Origin: Cyanobacteria bacterium auto_48_18
GTDB lineage: Bacteria; Cyanobacteriota; Vampirovibrionia; Obscuribacterales; Obscuribacteraceae
Length of the DNA: 60,131 nucleotides
Assembly (NCBI GenBank): GCA_036170915.1
Contig: JAVHQC010000023.1
Coordinates: forward strand, 1-60,131
Reading direction: 5' to 3'
Shown here: piece by piece, positions 9,258-19,480 of the stretch
Layout of the letters: every line of letters begins with the position of its first letter
How positions within the stretch are numbered: position 1 is the first letter of the stretch
Notes under the pieces: model-generated
The model's input: the letters and a program-made list of their open reading frames with translations, nothing else
Database searches by the model: none
Told to the model about the DNA's origin: nothing
Translations under genes and position numbers: made by a program

Positions 9258-10067
9258 ATGAAAATCTATTTTAAGACAGCAGCCATGGCACTGACTTTAT
9301 TGGCCACCGCTAACTTATCTGCTTTCGCTGATGCTGCCCGAGATGAGCTTTTGACTCGCGGGATGGAAGCAGCCATGAAGGGCAATTACAGCGAAGCTGA
9401 AACAATCTTCAAACAAGGTCAGGTGATGACTGAGCAGCCTCAGTATTCAAAGGCCGATCGCGCCCTAAGTTTGCGTTTGCTTGTCAAAATTTATCTTGAT
9501 CAAAAGCGCTGGGCTGATGCTGAGCCGCTGGTGAAACGCTCCATCGTTCTCGATGAAGAAGGAAAGGTGACCGAAGATCTGATTAATGATCTAGACGCCC
9601 TGGCCATTATTTATCTTTCGCAAGGTCACGCTGCCGAAGCAATTCCTGTAATGAAACGCAAAATTGAACTAGACGAAAAATTGCCTGCCGCTCCTGCCGT
9701 TCTGGCCGATGATTATCTCAAAATTGGTTTGATTTACGATAGAGCCGGTCAGACTGCTGATTGCGAGGAGGTATTGCGCAAGTCGCTGGCAATTCGTGAC
9801 AAAATAGGCGACGTCAATTCATCAGACTTAACAACCAATCTGGTTGGTCTGGCAACAGTCTGTAATCGTCAGGAAAAGTATGCAGATGCCGAGCAATTTT
9901 ACAGTCGCGCACTGGCTATAAAAGATAAATCGCTGGGGCCTGACAGTCCTGAATTAAAAAATCTACTCAAACATCTGCAAGAGATTTATGACAAATTAGG
10001 CAATAAAAAAATGTCCGAGGAAATGCAAAAGCGGCAGTCAGAGTTAAAAATTGATACCACTAAATAG
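9258..10067 (+). CDS. Exported tetratricopeptide repeat protein
   Basis: Signal peptide; repeated AE.L..RALAI TPR units. Confidence 0.85.
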   Translation: MKIYFKTAAMALTLLATANLSAFADAARDELLTRGMEAAMKGNYSEAETIFKQGQVMTEQPQYSKADRALSLRLLVKIYLDQKRWADAEPLVKRSIVLDEEGKVTEDLINDLDALAIIYLSQGHAAEAIPVMKRKIELDEKLPAAPAVLADDYLKIGLIYDRAGQTADCEEVLRKSLAIRDKIGDVNSSDLTTNLVGLATVCNRQEKYADAEQFYSRALAIKDKSLGPDSPELKNLLKHLQEIYDKLGNKKMSEEMQKRQSELKIDTTK

Positions 10068-10085
10068 CTATCCAAAATTTCTGCC

Positions 10086-11957
10086 TTAGATTTTCTCAAA
10101 GAGAAATAGACCCTGGCCGCCCCAGAGTTTGAGTGGCCAAAACTGAAGCAAACGATAACTCTCAAGGAACTTTTGATTTTTGAGCAAACCATTATCGGCA
10201 AAGCTGTCAAAGAAAATTACTCTGTCTGGTTGTAAATCAATCACAGCTTGATCTGGCATAGAGCCCCAGACTGAGCGCCGCGAGCGCTTGCCCACCGGCA
10301 CCGGGTAATATTGCAGTGCTTCGTCGCTGACCAGCCCGCCCAAGTCAATTATTCTGGTATCAGGCAGATAGTAACCGAGCACGCCGGGTTCCCACGTTGC
10401 TAATGTTGCAAATGGCTTTTGCTTATTTAGTTGAGATTTGGCCATGAAGTCGGCGGCTCGCTGGTATAAAGCGAGCCTTTCCATGGGCGCATTGAGGACA
10501 AAGAATCGGCTGTTGATGCTACTTACGAAAAATTCTTTGACTGTCAGCTTTTCTGCATTATTATGAGTCAAGCGATTAAACAAATTCAGGTCAATGACCT
10601 GCGGCAGCACGATTGCGGCAAGAGTAGCAAGTCCGGCTGCGCGAGTCCATATGTTTGGTGCCTTGACTGAGCGCCAGCCTGTTCGTACCACAAGTGGAAT
10701 GAGAAATACGGCAATTAAACTGAACCAGCTGTAGTACCACGAAAACAGCCAGGGATCGAAAGCGGCAAAGAAAAGCAAAAGTAGTGCACAGTTGTTGGCA
10801 TACGGGCGCAGCCAGTCTTCTTTGCGAGCAAAGTACAGCAGAAGAACCAGCGCCACTGCTCCTTGCACCAGTAGCAGTAAATTAATTGCAGACGCTTGAT
10901 CTGCGCCCAACCAGGGCAAATAAATGAAGAAATCTTTGAAGGTGTCCATGCCAATCATCGTTAAAATGAACGGGCAGGCATGGGCGGTCATTTGCGGCGC
11001 ACTATGGAACATGCTGGCGCGGCCCAAGGCCCCGTGAGGAATGACGGTGCCATAGTAATAGGCAACAAATCCATACCAGAAGCCAAGCAACAAGATGCTT
11101 GTGCCCCACGCCGACAGGCAGGCTTTGCCGCGGGCCACAGTGTCGCTGATAAATTCTCGCGCAAACCAGAGGATACCTTCAGGTCGAGTAAGACTGATTA
11201 AAACCGAAAGCAGCGCGCACCACTTGTGGTACAGATCAAAAGTACGCGTGTAGATAGCTGCAAGCATAAGCAACTGCAGAAGTGCCGATTCTTTATTGTC
11301 GGTAGCAGTCAGTGCGCCGCTGGCGCACAGGCAATAAACAAGCGCCGCCAGCAGAGCCAAAAATCTCGACTGCAGCGCTTTAGTCGTAATGGCAAAAATC
11401 AATAGCAAATTGAAAATTTGCAAAAAAGTATTGAATAGTGTTGAGATGCCGGCGATATTATTCACCGGCAAAATTTTGTTCAATATAAAGAGCAACGCCA
11501 GATGCAGAGCCGAAGAATAGCCCTGAATTCGCTCTCCGATATTGTAATCAAAGGAGTGAAATGTAGACCAGTTATGTACATAGCGAAAGTCGATAAAGGG
11601 GTCGTCGAGAGCGAACGGGAATTGCCAGCATCTGGTCAAGACAAGCATCTGTGCAATTAGGCCTAAGCACAGTGCTGTTGCTAGTCTCTCTGTGAGGGGC
11701 TCTGTTGTTCTTCTCCACCGCAAGAGAAAATAAGTAGCGCATAGAACAGCGCTGAATATTGCAAAGGCAGGGGTGATGGCGATTTGTTTAGCTACGGCGG
11801 CGACCAGAAGTGGGTCGGATACCACAGGAGTGACGAGCGGCCCGACCGTATGCCAGTTGCCGTAAATCACAGCCATCGGAAGCAGCGCCAATAATTGAAT
11901 CGCGAAGCTCTCGAGGCCGAGAATAGTGATTTTTTTTGACTGCGTTTGTTCGGCCAT
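10086..11957 (-). CDS. Multi-pass membrane GT-C-fold glycosyltransferase-like protein
   Basis: DDPFIDFRY..YNIGERIQGYSS loop, LTRPEG motif, many TM helices, C-terminal GVLGYY..IIDLGGL. Confidence 0.7.
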   Translation of the reverse strand: MAEQTQSKKITILGLESFAIQLLALLPMAVIYGNWHTVGPLVTPVVSDPLLVAAVAKQIAITPAFAIFSAVLCATYFLLRWRRTTEPLTERLATALCLGLIAQMLVLTRCWQFPFALDDPFIDFRYVHNWSTFHSFDYNIGERIQGYSSALHLALLFILNKILPVNNIAGISTLFNTFLQIFNLLLIFAITTKALQSRFLALLAALVYCLCASGALTATDNKESALLQLLMLAAIYTRTFDLYHKWCALLSVLISLTRPEGILWFAREFISDTVARGKACLSAWGTSILLLGFWYGFVAYYYGTVIPHGALGRASMFHSAPQMTAHACPFILTMIGMDTFKDFFIYLPWLGADQASAINLLLLVQGAVALVLLLYFARKEDWLRPYANNCALLLLFFAAFDPWLFSWYYSWFSLIAVFLIPLVVRTGWRSVKAPNIWTRAAGLATLAAIVLPQVIDLNLFNRLTHNNAEKLTVKEFFVSSINSRFFVLNAPMERLALYQRAADFMAKSQLNKQKPFATLATWEPGVLGYYLPDTRIIDLGGLVSDEALQYYPVPVGKRSRRSVWGSMPDQAVIDLQPDRVIFFDSFADNGLLKNQKFLESYRLLQFWPLKLWGGQGLFLFEKI

Positions 11958-12031
11958 GTTATTCCACTTTACTCTGGCTATGATAACGAATTTGCTATGA
12001 TAAATGACGTAATTGCAGCGGGTGTCGGCTG

Positions 12032-12700
12032 ATGAGTCGTTTAATTCTCAATGTCGGTCAAGCGCTGGCGGGGCTTTGTGTGCTTTTTGCCCTGGGACGC
12101 GGAATTGCTGACGCCAGTCAGCCACAGACTTCGGAGTGGGCATTTCGAAAAACCGCTATGGAAGCCGGTAAGCTTGAAGGCAAATTGGCCGCTATGGCTA
12201 AATCGCCTGATAAATCAGGGCGCCAGGAGCTGGTAGCCAAAATTGCCAAGCTCTATGCAGATGCTGGAATGTACAGCAAAGCAGAACCATTTGCCCTTGT
12301 TGCCCTGGCTAGCGCGAAAGAAATGGGCGGCAATAGCTATGCTGCTGCACTGATGAAGTCGGCAGATTTTTATCAAGACTGGCATGATTCGGCTAAGTCG
12401 CAGTTTTTGAGTTTGCGGGCCGTCAGTAAGTTTGAAGAAGGAAGGGAAGCAAATGCCGTTTGCAAGGCCTATCTAGCTATGACTCGGTCTGCTTATAATC
12501 AGGGCGAAGCTGCTGTGGATCCGGCTGTGCGTGATAACAGTTTTGTCAGCGCCGAGCAGTGGCTGGGCAAAGCCGTTGCTGTTGCCCGCCGCGAAAAGCT
12601 AAATGCAGACACACTTAATTTAATGCGCAATACCATGCTTTTGCTTTCGGTGGCTGAGGGGCGCACCGAAGAGGTGATGCAAAGTTTGAAGCAGTCATAG
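12032..12700 (+). CDS. Membrane-anchored helical (TPR-like) hypothetical protein
   Basis: Hydrophobic N-terminus; LYADAGMYSKAE TPR-like segment. Confidence 0.55.
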   Translation: MSRLILNVGQALAGLCVLFALGRGIADASQPQTSEWAFRKTAMEAGKLEGKLAAMAKSPDKSGRQELVAKIAKLYADAGMYSKAEPFALVALASAKEMGGNSYAAALMKSADFYQDWHDSAKSQFLSLRAVSKFEEGREANAVCKAYLAMTRSAYNQGEAAVDPAVRDNSFVSAEQWLGKAVAVARREKLNADTLNLMRNTMLLLSVAEGRTEEVMQSLKQS

Positions 12701-12718
12701 TTTTGTTTGGTGACTTCC

Positions 12719-12744
12719 TGAAACTTTTTTTTCGCCGGCGCGTA
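12719..12744 (+). promoter_or_regulatory. ECF-sigma (SigW-type) promoter TGAAAC-N16-CGTA
   Basis: Exact consensus and spacing, 20 nt upstream of ATG 12765. Confidence 0.65.
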
Positions 12745-12764
12745 TTGACGTTAAAGAGGTGTTT

Positions 12765-13871
12765 ATGAAAATTCTCCAGTTCTTCACTAGTGCCGCGCTT
12801 TGCTCGCTCATGTTTTGTTCTCACCTGTTTTGCTTTAACTGTAGTGCTCAGACAATGGCCGCAGGAGAGCAGCCGCCTCAACCAGAATCTCGAGTTATTA
12901 CTCCTGAGCAAAGACAACGTTTGCGCCAGTTTATTCAGCGCCGCCGGGCTGGTCGTGAAGGAAATGCTCGTGAAGGAAATGCTCGTGAAGGAGCTGCTTT
13001 GAGCGGCTCTGGCACAAGTACGGGCACAAGTGCAGGTGCAGGGTTTGGCGCAAGAATGGGCGCAGGCCGCGGGTCAGTAGCTATTGATCCGAAGGTAGTC
13101 AAACTAGAACAAGATGTGGCCTATGGCACTGCGCCCAAGCAGAAGCTGGATATTTATTCACCCGTGAAATCAGAAGGCAAACTGCCGGTGATTTTGTTTG
13201 CCCACGGTGGTGGTTGGCAACGGGGCAGTAAAGACATGCATCGTGAGAAGGGCAAAACCTACGCTGAAAATGGCGTGGTTTTTGTTGCCACCAATTATCG
13301 CCTGGCACCAGATGTGATGCACCCCAAGCAGATTCAAGATATTGCCTCTGCCTTCGCCTGGGTCAAAAAACATGCCACCGAAATTGGTGCCGATCAAAGT
13401 CGCATTTTTATCATGGGCCACTCTGCTGGCGCTCAACTTGTCGATTTACTTGGCACAAATGAGCGTTTTTTAGCAGAGCAAGGTCTGAGTTTAAAGGATG
13501 TCAAAGGAGTTGTCAGTCTTGATACTGCCAGCCTCAACCTGGCTGAGAGAATGAATGAAAGTACAAATGAAGCGGCTCTGGTAGGCGGAATGATTAGCAA
13601 TGCCTTTGGCACAGACGCCAAAGTTTTGGCCGATGCCTCACCAACTTTGTCCATTCATGCTGGTCAGGCTTATCCGCCCTTCTTGATGTTTTGCGGTGAA
13701 AAAAGGAAGTCTTGCGTCGCGCAGCATGAGCGCTTTTCTAATGCCATGAAGAAAGCAGGCGGCCAGTTGATAGTAAAAACTGTGCCACTTTCACATGCTG
13801 ATATCAGTAAAACCGCCGGCCAACCCAATGCTGAAATTTTTCAAAGGGTAATTAGCTTCGTCAAGTTATAG
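12765..13871 (+). CDS. Exported alpha/beta hydrolase (carboxylesterase, HSL-like)
   Basis: HGGGW oxyanion motif, NYRLAP, GHSAG nucleophile, C-terminal His; signal peptide plus Gly/Arg-rich linker. Confidence 0.9.
   Translation: MKILQFFTSAALCSLMFCSHLFCFNCSAQTMAAGEQPPQPESRVITPEQRQRLRQFIQRRRAGREGNAREGNAREGAALSGSGTSTGTSAGAGFGARMGAGRGSVAIDPKVVKLEQDVAYGTAPKQKLDIYSPVKSEGKLPVILFAHGGGWQRGSKDMHREKGKTYAENGVVFVATNYRLAPDVMHPKQIQDIASAFAWVKKHATEIGADQSRIFIMGHSAGAQLVDLLGTNERFLAEQGLSLKDVKGVVSLDTASLNLAERMNESTNEAALVGGMISNAFGTDAKVLADASPTLSIHAGQAYPPFLMFCGEKRKSCVAQHERFSNAMKKAGGQLIVKTVPLSHADISKTAGQPNAEIFQRVISFVKL
12953..12992 (+). repeat. 15-bp in-frame tandem repeat (TCGTGAAGGAAATGC x2.7) encoding REGNA
   Basis: Direct reading of the sequence. 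Confidence 0.9.
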
Positions 13872-13941
13872 ATGAGCTTGGTGATTTCCGCTATTATTGA
13901 CTTCGTCCGAACCTGCCGGCAAGCCAATATTAGAGGACCAT

Positions 13942-14934
13942 ATGTTTTTGAAAAAGCTCTTAGCATTAGCATCTGTGGTTGGATTGCTATCGTTTGGCCC
14001 TGCTAATGCCCAGCTTACTGGCGGCACGGTTAGTGAAGGTGCGGCCAAGTCTTCAACCGCCAAAGTGGGCTTGGCCCTGGGTGGTGGTGGCTCTCGTGGT
14101 TCGGCACACGTCGGCGTTCTAAAAGTGCTTGTGGAAGAAGGTGTGCCCATTGACCTGATTGCCGGAACTAGTATTGGCTCGGTTGTTGGTGGCTTCTACT
14201 CATACGGCATGTCACCTGATGCTATCGCTTTTGAATTTACCAAAGACCATTTCATTAAAGAGTGGATGCCGCGGCCGCTGCTGGTTAAGATGCTTTTCAT
14301 TCCTTATGAGCAGTCGCCTCGCTTAATAGGCATCAAGCCCTACGACGGCATCTACAAGGGTGAGCGCTTTCAAAACTACGTCAATAAAGTCTGCAACGGT
14401 GCTCGTATTGAACAGTTGAAAATTCCATTTGCCGCTATCTGTACAAATGTGGTTGATGGAAAAAGTTACAAAATTAGAGAAGGCGATCTCGGTACGGCCA
14501 TGCGAGCCAGCACAGCTGTTCCAGGTTTGAAGCGCCCGGTGCAAATCGGCGACAAACTATATTGTGATGGTGGTCTAATCTGCAATGTGCCTGTAGAGCA
14601 CGTAAAAGAAATGGGCGCAGATTTTGTTATCGCCGTGAATATCGACGAGCATGTATCTGAAGTTCCGCTACACAAATTTAGAGCACTTGGATCGATGGCT
14701 AAGCAAGCCTTGCGTATTGATTTAAATCACAGTGACGCTGAGCTCTGCGCCAAAGCAAATGTAGTGATACATCCTAATACCGATGGCATCACACTTATAT
14801 CGCGCAAAAAATCTGATGGTGTGATGGGCATCGAGCATGGCGTTAGAGCCGCTCGAGAAGCTATGCCTGAGATTCGCAGCAAGCTCTTAGCTGCTGGTAT
14901 CGCCCTTAAACCGAAAGCGACATCAGTAGACTAG
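13942..14934 (+). CDS. Exported patatin-like phospholipase
   Basis: GGGGSRG, GTSIG and DGG motifs; signal peptide; GAGG RBS before ATG 13942. Confidence 0.93.
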   Translation: MFLKKLLALASVVGLLSFGPANAQLTGGTVSEGAAKSSTAKVGLALGGGGSRGSAHVGVLKVLVEEGVPIDLIAGTSIGSVVGGFYSYGMSPDAIAFEFTKDHFIKEWMPRPLLVKMLFIPYEQSPRLIGIKPYDGIYKGERFQNYVNKVCNGARIEQLKIPFAAICTNVVDGKSYKIREGDLGTAMRASTAVPGLKRPVQIGDKLYCDGGLICNVPVEHVKEMGADFVIAVNIDEHVSEVPLHKFRALGSMAKQALRIDLNHSDAELCAKANVVIHPNTDGITLISRKKSDGVMGIEHGVRAAREAMPEIRSKLLAAGIALKPKATSVD

Positions 14935-16308
14935 ATGTTGAAGCGTATAGCAGTCTGTTTTTGTATCGCACTTTTATTGAGCTCTGCGATGCCGCCTCTT
15001 GCCGTGGCTCAAGAGGCTACTCTTGAGAGTGGTGATTCTTTTTCACAGCGCTACACAGCGATTACTAAAAAGATTTTGCTGGCCGGCATTCAAATCGAGC
15101 GTTTCAGCCTTAATTTTAGACTGCGCAGTGCCAAGCAACCAAAGTTTAGAAAACTGCGTTATTTTGCCGCTCAAGAATCGGCCGCAGCAGGTGGTTTGGC
15201 TTTTGAAATCGCGGCGGTAAGAGAATTTGGTAAAGGGCGCCGGCGGCCCCTCGAAATCAACAAAGCTCCTTTGAAACGCAGTTTAAACGCCGCAATGACC
15301 ACGGCGATAATTGCAGGATCGGCATCTGCTTTTGAGCTTTCAGTCAACGCCGTTCAAGCGATGAAGAACAAAAAAGATGGCTTCGATCATAAAACTGCTG
15401 ATCGATATGTAGCCAGTAAGCTCAAAGAAATTGACTCACTGATTGCCGAGCGCGGTGCTCTTGTGGCTGCCAACAGCACCGATACGGCTTATAATCGAGC
15501 CGTTGCTGAAGGTGAAGTACTTGCTGCGCTACGTAATGCTTTTGCCAATGAATATGCGCACTTTAGTGCTGATACCAAAAGCTATCTTGCCTTTCAGAAC
15601 TTGTTTTACATTTTGAATGCTTCTTACAATGCAGTGGGGGCAGCGTCTAGTCGTTACGCTTATTGCGCCCTGGATAAACCATATTTGAATGGCACCGCCA
15701 ATATTCTTTTTATCGTCAATGGGGCCATGGCGGCTGCCACTCCTGTGATTTGCACAACAGTGGGTAAAGTAGTGAAAAAGCGCACTATGTCGCGCCTTAC
15801 TCGTGATTTAGAAATTGCACCCTTTGATCCTGATGCTTTTGCCATCAGCTGCAAAAAACTCGAAAACTATTCGTCCTCTGACACCGTATCACTGATGCCC
15901 ACTCTACCAATTACTGACCGGGTGGCATTGTATACACAGTCAAATCAACTATTTACGAAGCAGCTCGATAGTGAAACGAAAGTGATGCGCAAACTGGAAA
16001 AAGTCGCTTTGCAAACCAGCACACTTGGCCCGGTTATTGGTGGCATGCTGGCCACTCAAGGTGTGCTGGGTACTTATGGTTATTACAAGTATCCGCTGGC
16101 TCCGCGTAAACAGATCAATCAATATTATCGTGGTGCGGTTGTCGGCACAGTCGCTACGAGTTTAGCTGTTGTCGGTAACGCCGCATCGATACTGGGACTT
16201 ATGGCCTACGAACATAAGCTCTCTAAGAAAAAACAGATGCCATATCAGTTAATTGAGCAAAGATTAGAACATCTGGCGGCCACTGAGAAATTAGTCTCAA
16301 CCCTATAA
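14935..16308 (+). CDS. Secreted helical hypothetical protein (paralog A)
   Basis: Signal peptide; full-length similarity to 16303-17712. Confidence 0.8.
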   Translation: MLKRIAVCFCIALLLSSAMPPLAVAQEATLESGDSFSQRYTAITKKILLAGIQIERFSLNFRLRSAKQPKFRKLRYFAAQESAAAGGLAFEIAAVREFGKGRRRPLEINKAPLKRSLNAAMTTAIIAGSASAFELSVNAVQAMKNKKDGFDHKTADRYVASKLKEIDSLIAERGALVAANSTDTAYNRAVAEGEVLAALRNAFANEYAHFSADTKSYLAFQNLFYILNASYNAVGAASSRYAYCALDKPYLNGTANILFIVNGAMAAATPVICTTVGKVVKKRTMSRLTRDLEIAPFDPDAFAISCKKLENYSSSDTVSLMPTLPITDRVALYTQSNQLFTKQLDSETKVMRKLEKVALQTSTLGPVIGGMLATQGVLGTYGYYKYPLAPRKQINQYYRGAVVGTVATSLAVVGNAASILGLMAYEHKLSKKKQMPYQLIEQRLEHLAATEKLVSTL

Positions 16309-17712
16309 TCTTTTTTCGAATTGTGACGATCTGACGCGTTGCTCTAAAGCATCTAGAAGAGCCAATCTCTTCTGCATTCGCTGAGCCGGCAACTTACCGG
16401 CTTTTTCAAGCGAACGTTTGTACAGGTAGTGCCTTAGCTCGGTGTAAGGCGTGTCTACGAGAGAATATGCTTGGCCAGCTGACTGTACAATTCGTCCGGT
16501 GAGGTTGAGCTGGTTAGAACTGATCGCTTTTTGCATGCTTGTTTCAGAGCTTCCACTATTATCGGGATTCTGACAATACGCCACCGCATTCAGTACCGAG
16601 CGCGTCACCCCTGTTAAACCTATTAATGGTCCTGAAATAGCTTGCTGATCGGCAATGCGTCGCAACTTTCTTACCTTGGCAATTTCGCGATTAAGCGGCT
16701 CGTCAATTTCTGCCGACCTTCGCACCAGAAAGGCCAATTCACGTTCCTCAATTGAGGCAGGCTCTGCGCCTTCTTGCATGCTTGGAATTTTGGTCAGATC
16801 ATATTTTGCTAGAAGATGATCAATATCTTCTGGCCGTCCACCTGGAAATATTTTGTTTAGAGCTTTTCTGTGTCTGTACGAGATATATTTTCCGGCAGCA
16901 TTTTTTATCATAGGGTTGAACATAACAATGCTATTTCCGACCAGACCAAGAATCGAAGCTTTGCCGCCCAGGCCGCTCTCGCTGAAGCCTTTGAGAGACA
17001 AGCAGGAGCCGGACATTTGCACGAACCCTTGAGTCGAGTCAAGGGCATAAAATGTATTTTCTGACCATTCTGTGCTTCTCGAGCTGACGCTCCAGTTTTT
17101 ATATTCGTGCACCATTTGAATTTTTATGTGTTCTAAGAGGCGTCCTTGCAAGTCGTAAAGCGGTTGTTGGTCACCCAGAGTTTCTGCAGCAATTAGTTGT
17201 GAGCGCTGTGTCAATTTTTCATTGATGGAATTTTCAATGGCTTTAACAGTGGCTATAGAATTTTTTGGTGAATATCCTTTGCCTCGCGCGATTGCACCTT
17301 GTCTAAGATTTTGCAGCAGCTGAATTGCAGAACTGCCACCAGTGATCGCCTGGCCTGTAAGGGCGCATACCACTCCGGTTTTTTGCGCGTTTTTAGAAAT
17401 CAAAGAGGGGTCGTGTAAGCCGCGAGAGCGTTGATGAATGTCAATTATTGTGTTGCTGAAACCCAGGGCTGTGCCTGCTTCTCGTTGCATAGGGTAAAGC
17501 CATTCTTGCGAGAAGTTCTTGCGATTGACGCCATTATGAAAATGTAAATTGAAGCGCGCGAGTTCTATGCATTCCAGCATAATCTGGCGATCGATGGAAA
17601 CAATTTTTTCTTTAAAAGATGCAGGGCCGGCCTCTTCTGCAAAGGCAGGCGGCACAACAAGCACCATAGCTAAGGCGACTAAAATTGATCGGCTAAAATC
17701 GACTAAACCCAT
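16303..17712 (-). CDS. Secreted helical hypothetical protein (paralog B)
   Basis: Signal peptide ending AFA; full-length similarity to 14935-16308. Confidence 0.8.
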   Translation of the reverse strand: MGLVDFSRSILVALAMVLVVPPAFAEEAGPASFKEKIVSIDRQIMLECIELARFNLHFHNGVNRKNFSQEWLYPMQREAGTALGFSNTIIDIHQRSRGLHDPSLISKNAQKTGVVCALTGQAITGGSSAIQLLQNLRQGAIARGKGYSPKNSIATVKAIENSINEKLTQRSQLIAAETLGDQQPLYDLQGRLLEHIKIQMVHEYKNWSVSSRSTEWSENTFYALDSTQGFVQMSGSCLSLKGFSESGLGGKASILGLVGNSIVMFNPMIKNAAGKYISYRHRKALNKIFPGGRPEDIDHLLAKYDLTKIPSMQEGAEPASIEERELAFLVRRSAEIDEPLNREIAKVRKLRRIADQQAISGPLIGLTGVTRSVLNAVAYCQNPDNSGSSETSMQKAISSNQLNLTGRIVQSAGQAYSLVDTPYTELRHYLYKRSLEKAGKLPAQRMQKRLALLDALEQRVRSSQFEKRL

Positions 17713-17864
17713 GGTCTCAGATTAGCAGTTTGCGCCATTTTCAGGCTAATAATTGTTTGTGCAGTGAATTAAACATATGGCATATCTAAACGTGCTAAGG
17801 TTTATAGCTCATCATTGTAATAGCTTGGGGCCTAATGGTCTTGACCACTTTGTGAGAGGTTGAT

Positions 17865-19472
17865 TTGAAAAAATATGCACGTACGATGTGCGCGGCTTTA
17901 CTGGTGGCAACTTCGTTATTGATGCCACTTGCTGCAATGTGCGCAGAGGCAAAAAAGCCGAACATCATTTTTATTATGGGTGATGATATCGGTTGGTCAA
18001 ATATTGGAGTCTACAATCAGGGCTTGATGGCCGGAAGAACTCCCAATCTTGACAGATTAGCCAATGAAGGTATGAGATTCACCGATTATTATGCAGAAGC
18101 GAGCTGTACTGCCGGTAGAGCAAACTTTATAACTGGCGAGTTGCCGGTGCGCACCGGCATGACTACCGTTGGCCAAGCAGGCGCTTCAGTAGGCATTCCA
18201 GACCAGGCAATTACCATCGCTCAGGCCTTAAAAGCTCAAGGTTACGCCACCGGTCAATTTGGCAAAAACCACCTTGGTGATTTAAATAAGTTTCTTCCCA
18301 CTGTGCACGGCTTCGATGAATTTTTTGGTTACCTTTATCACCTTGATGCCATGGAAGATCCATCGCATCGCACTTATCCACAAGAGCTGAAAGCCACTGT
18401 GGGACCTCGCAATATGGTGCACTCGTGGGCTTCAGATACTGATGATGCCACCGTGCAACCGCGTTGGGGCAAAATCGGCAAACAGAAAATTGAAGATGCC
18501 GGAGAGCTTTATCCAAAGCGCATGGAAACTGTCGACGACGAAATTCTTGCTGACAGTCTCAAATTTATGGACAAAGCGAAGAAAGATAACAAGCCATTTT
18601 TCGTTTGGCTCAACCCCACTCGCATGCACATAATTACGCACCTTTCAGAAAAATATGAATCAATGCGTACTCCAGAGAACGGCTGGAGTGTTCAGGAAGC
18701 CGGCATGGCTCAACTCGACGATATTGTCGGCGAAGTGCAAAAATATGTGAAAGATAGCGGCCTCGACGACAATACGATAATTGTTTTTAGCACCGATAAT
18801 GGTGCTGAGAATTTCACATGGCCAGACGGTGGACAAACTCCTTTTGCCGGAGGCAAAGGCACAGCTCTTGAAGGTGGCTTCCGTGTTCCAGCGATTGTGC
18901 GCTGGCCTGGTAAAGTACCTGCGGGTAAAGTTGAGAACGGCATATTCTCAGGTCTTGATTGGTTCCCTACATTGCTTTCGGTAGCTGGTGCACCAGGTAT
19001 CAAAGAAGAGCTCTTAAGCGGCAAGCAAGTCAACGGTCAGAACTTTAAGGTGCATCTTGACGGTTACGACCAAACAAACCTATTGCTTGGCAAGGGCCCT
19101 TCGAGTCGTCACGAGGTTTTCTACTTCACTGAAGGAACGCTCAGTGCCGTTCGTTTCAACGATTTCAAATATCGCTTTACCGATCAGCCAAGCGGCTGGT
19201 TAGGTGCTACCGAAAAAGTAGACTGGCCGATTCTCACTAATCTGCGCCTAGATCCTTTTGAGCGAACTGGAATAGCAAATGGCAAGGGTGGTTCTCTAAA
19301 CTTTTATGATTGGTTTGCTACTGAATTTTGGCGCTTTGTGCTCGTACAGCAAGTAGTCGGTCAAACTGCACAGTCTTTTGTTGAATTTCCACCAATGCAA
19401 AAAGGTGCATCGTTCAATATGGAAGCTGTCAAACAAGCAATCATGGAAAAAATGAATTCACGCAGCAGGTAG
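17865..19472 (+). CDS. Cys-type arylsulfatase, exported
   Basis: PNIIFIMGDDIG, SCTAGRA FGly motif, GYATGQFGKNHLG and STDNG motifs. Confidence 0.95.
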   Translation: MKKYARTMCAALLVATSLLMPLAAMCAEAKKPNIIFIMGDDIGWSNIGVYNQGLMAGRTPNLDRLANEGMRFTDYYAEASCTAGRANFITGELPVRTGMTTVGQAGASVGIPDQAITIAQALKAQGYATGQFGKNHLGDLNKFLPTVHGFDEFFGYLYHLDAMEDPSHRTYPQELKATVGPRNMVHSWASDTDDATVQPRWGKIGKQKIEDAGELYPKRMETVDDEILADSLKFMDKAKKDNKPFFVWLNPTRMHIITHLSEKYESMRTPENGWSVQEAGMAQLDDIVGEVQKYVKDSGLDDNTIIVFSTDNGAENFTWPDGGQTPFAGGKGTALEGGFRVPAIVRWPGKVPAGKVENGIFSGLDWFPTLLSVAGAPGIKEELLSGKQVNGQNFKVHLDGYDQTNLLLGKGPSSRHEVFYFTEGTLSAVRFNDFKYRFTDQPSGWLGATEKVDWPILTNLRLDPFERTGIANGKGGSLNFYDWFATEFWRFVLVQQVVGQTAQSFVEFPPMQKGASFNMEAVKQAIMEKMNSRSR

Positions 19473-19480
19473 TCTACATA

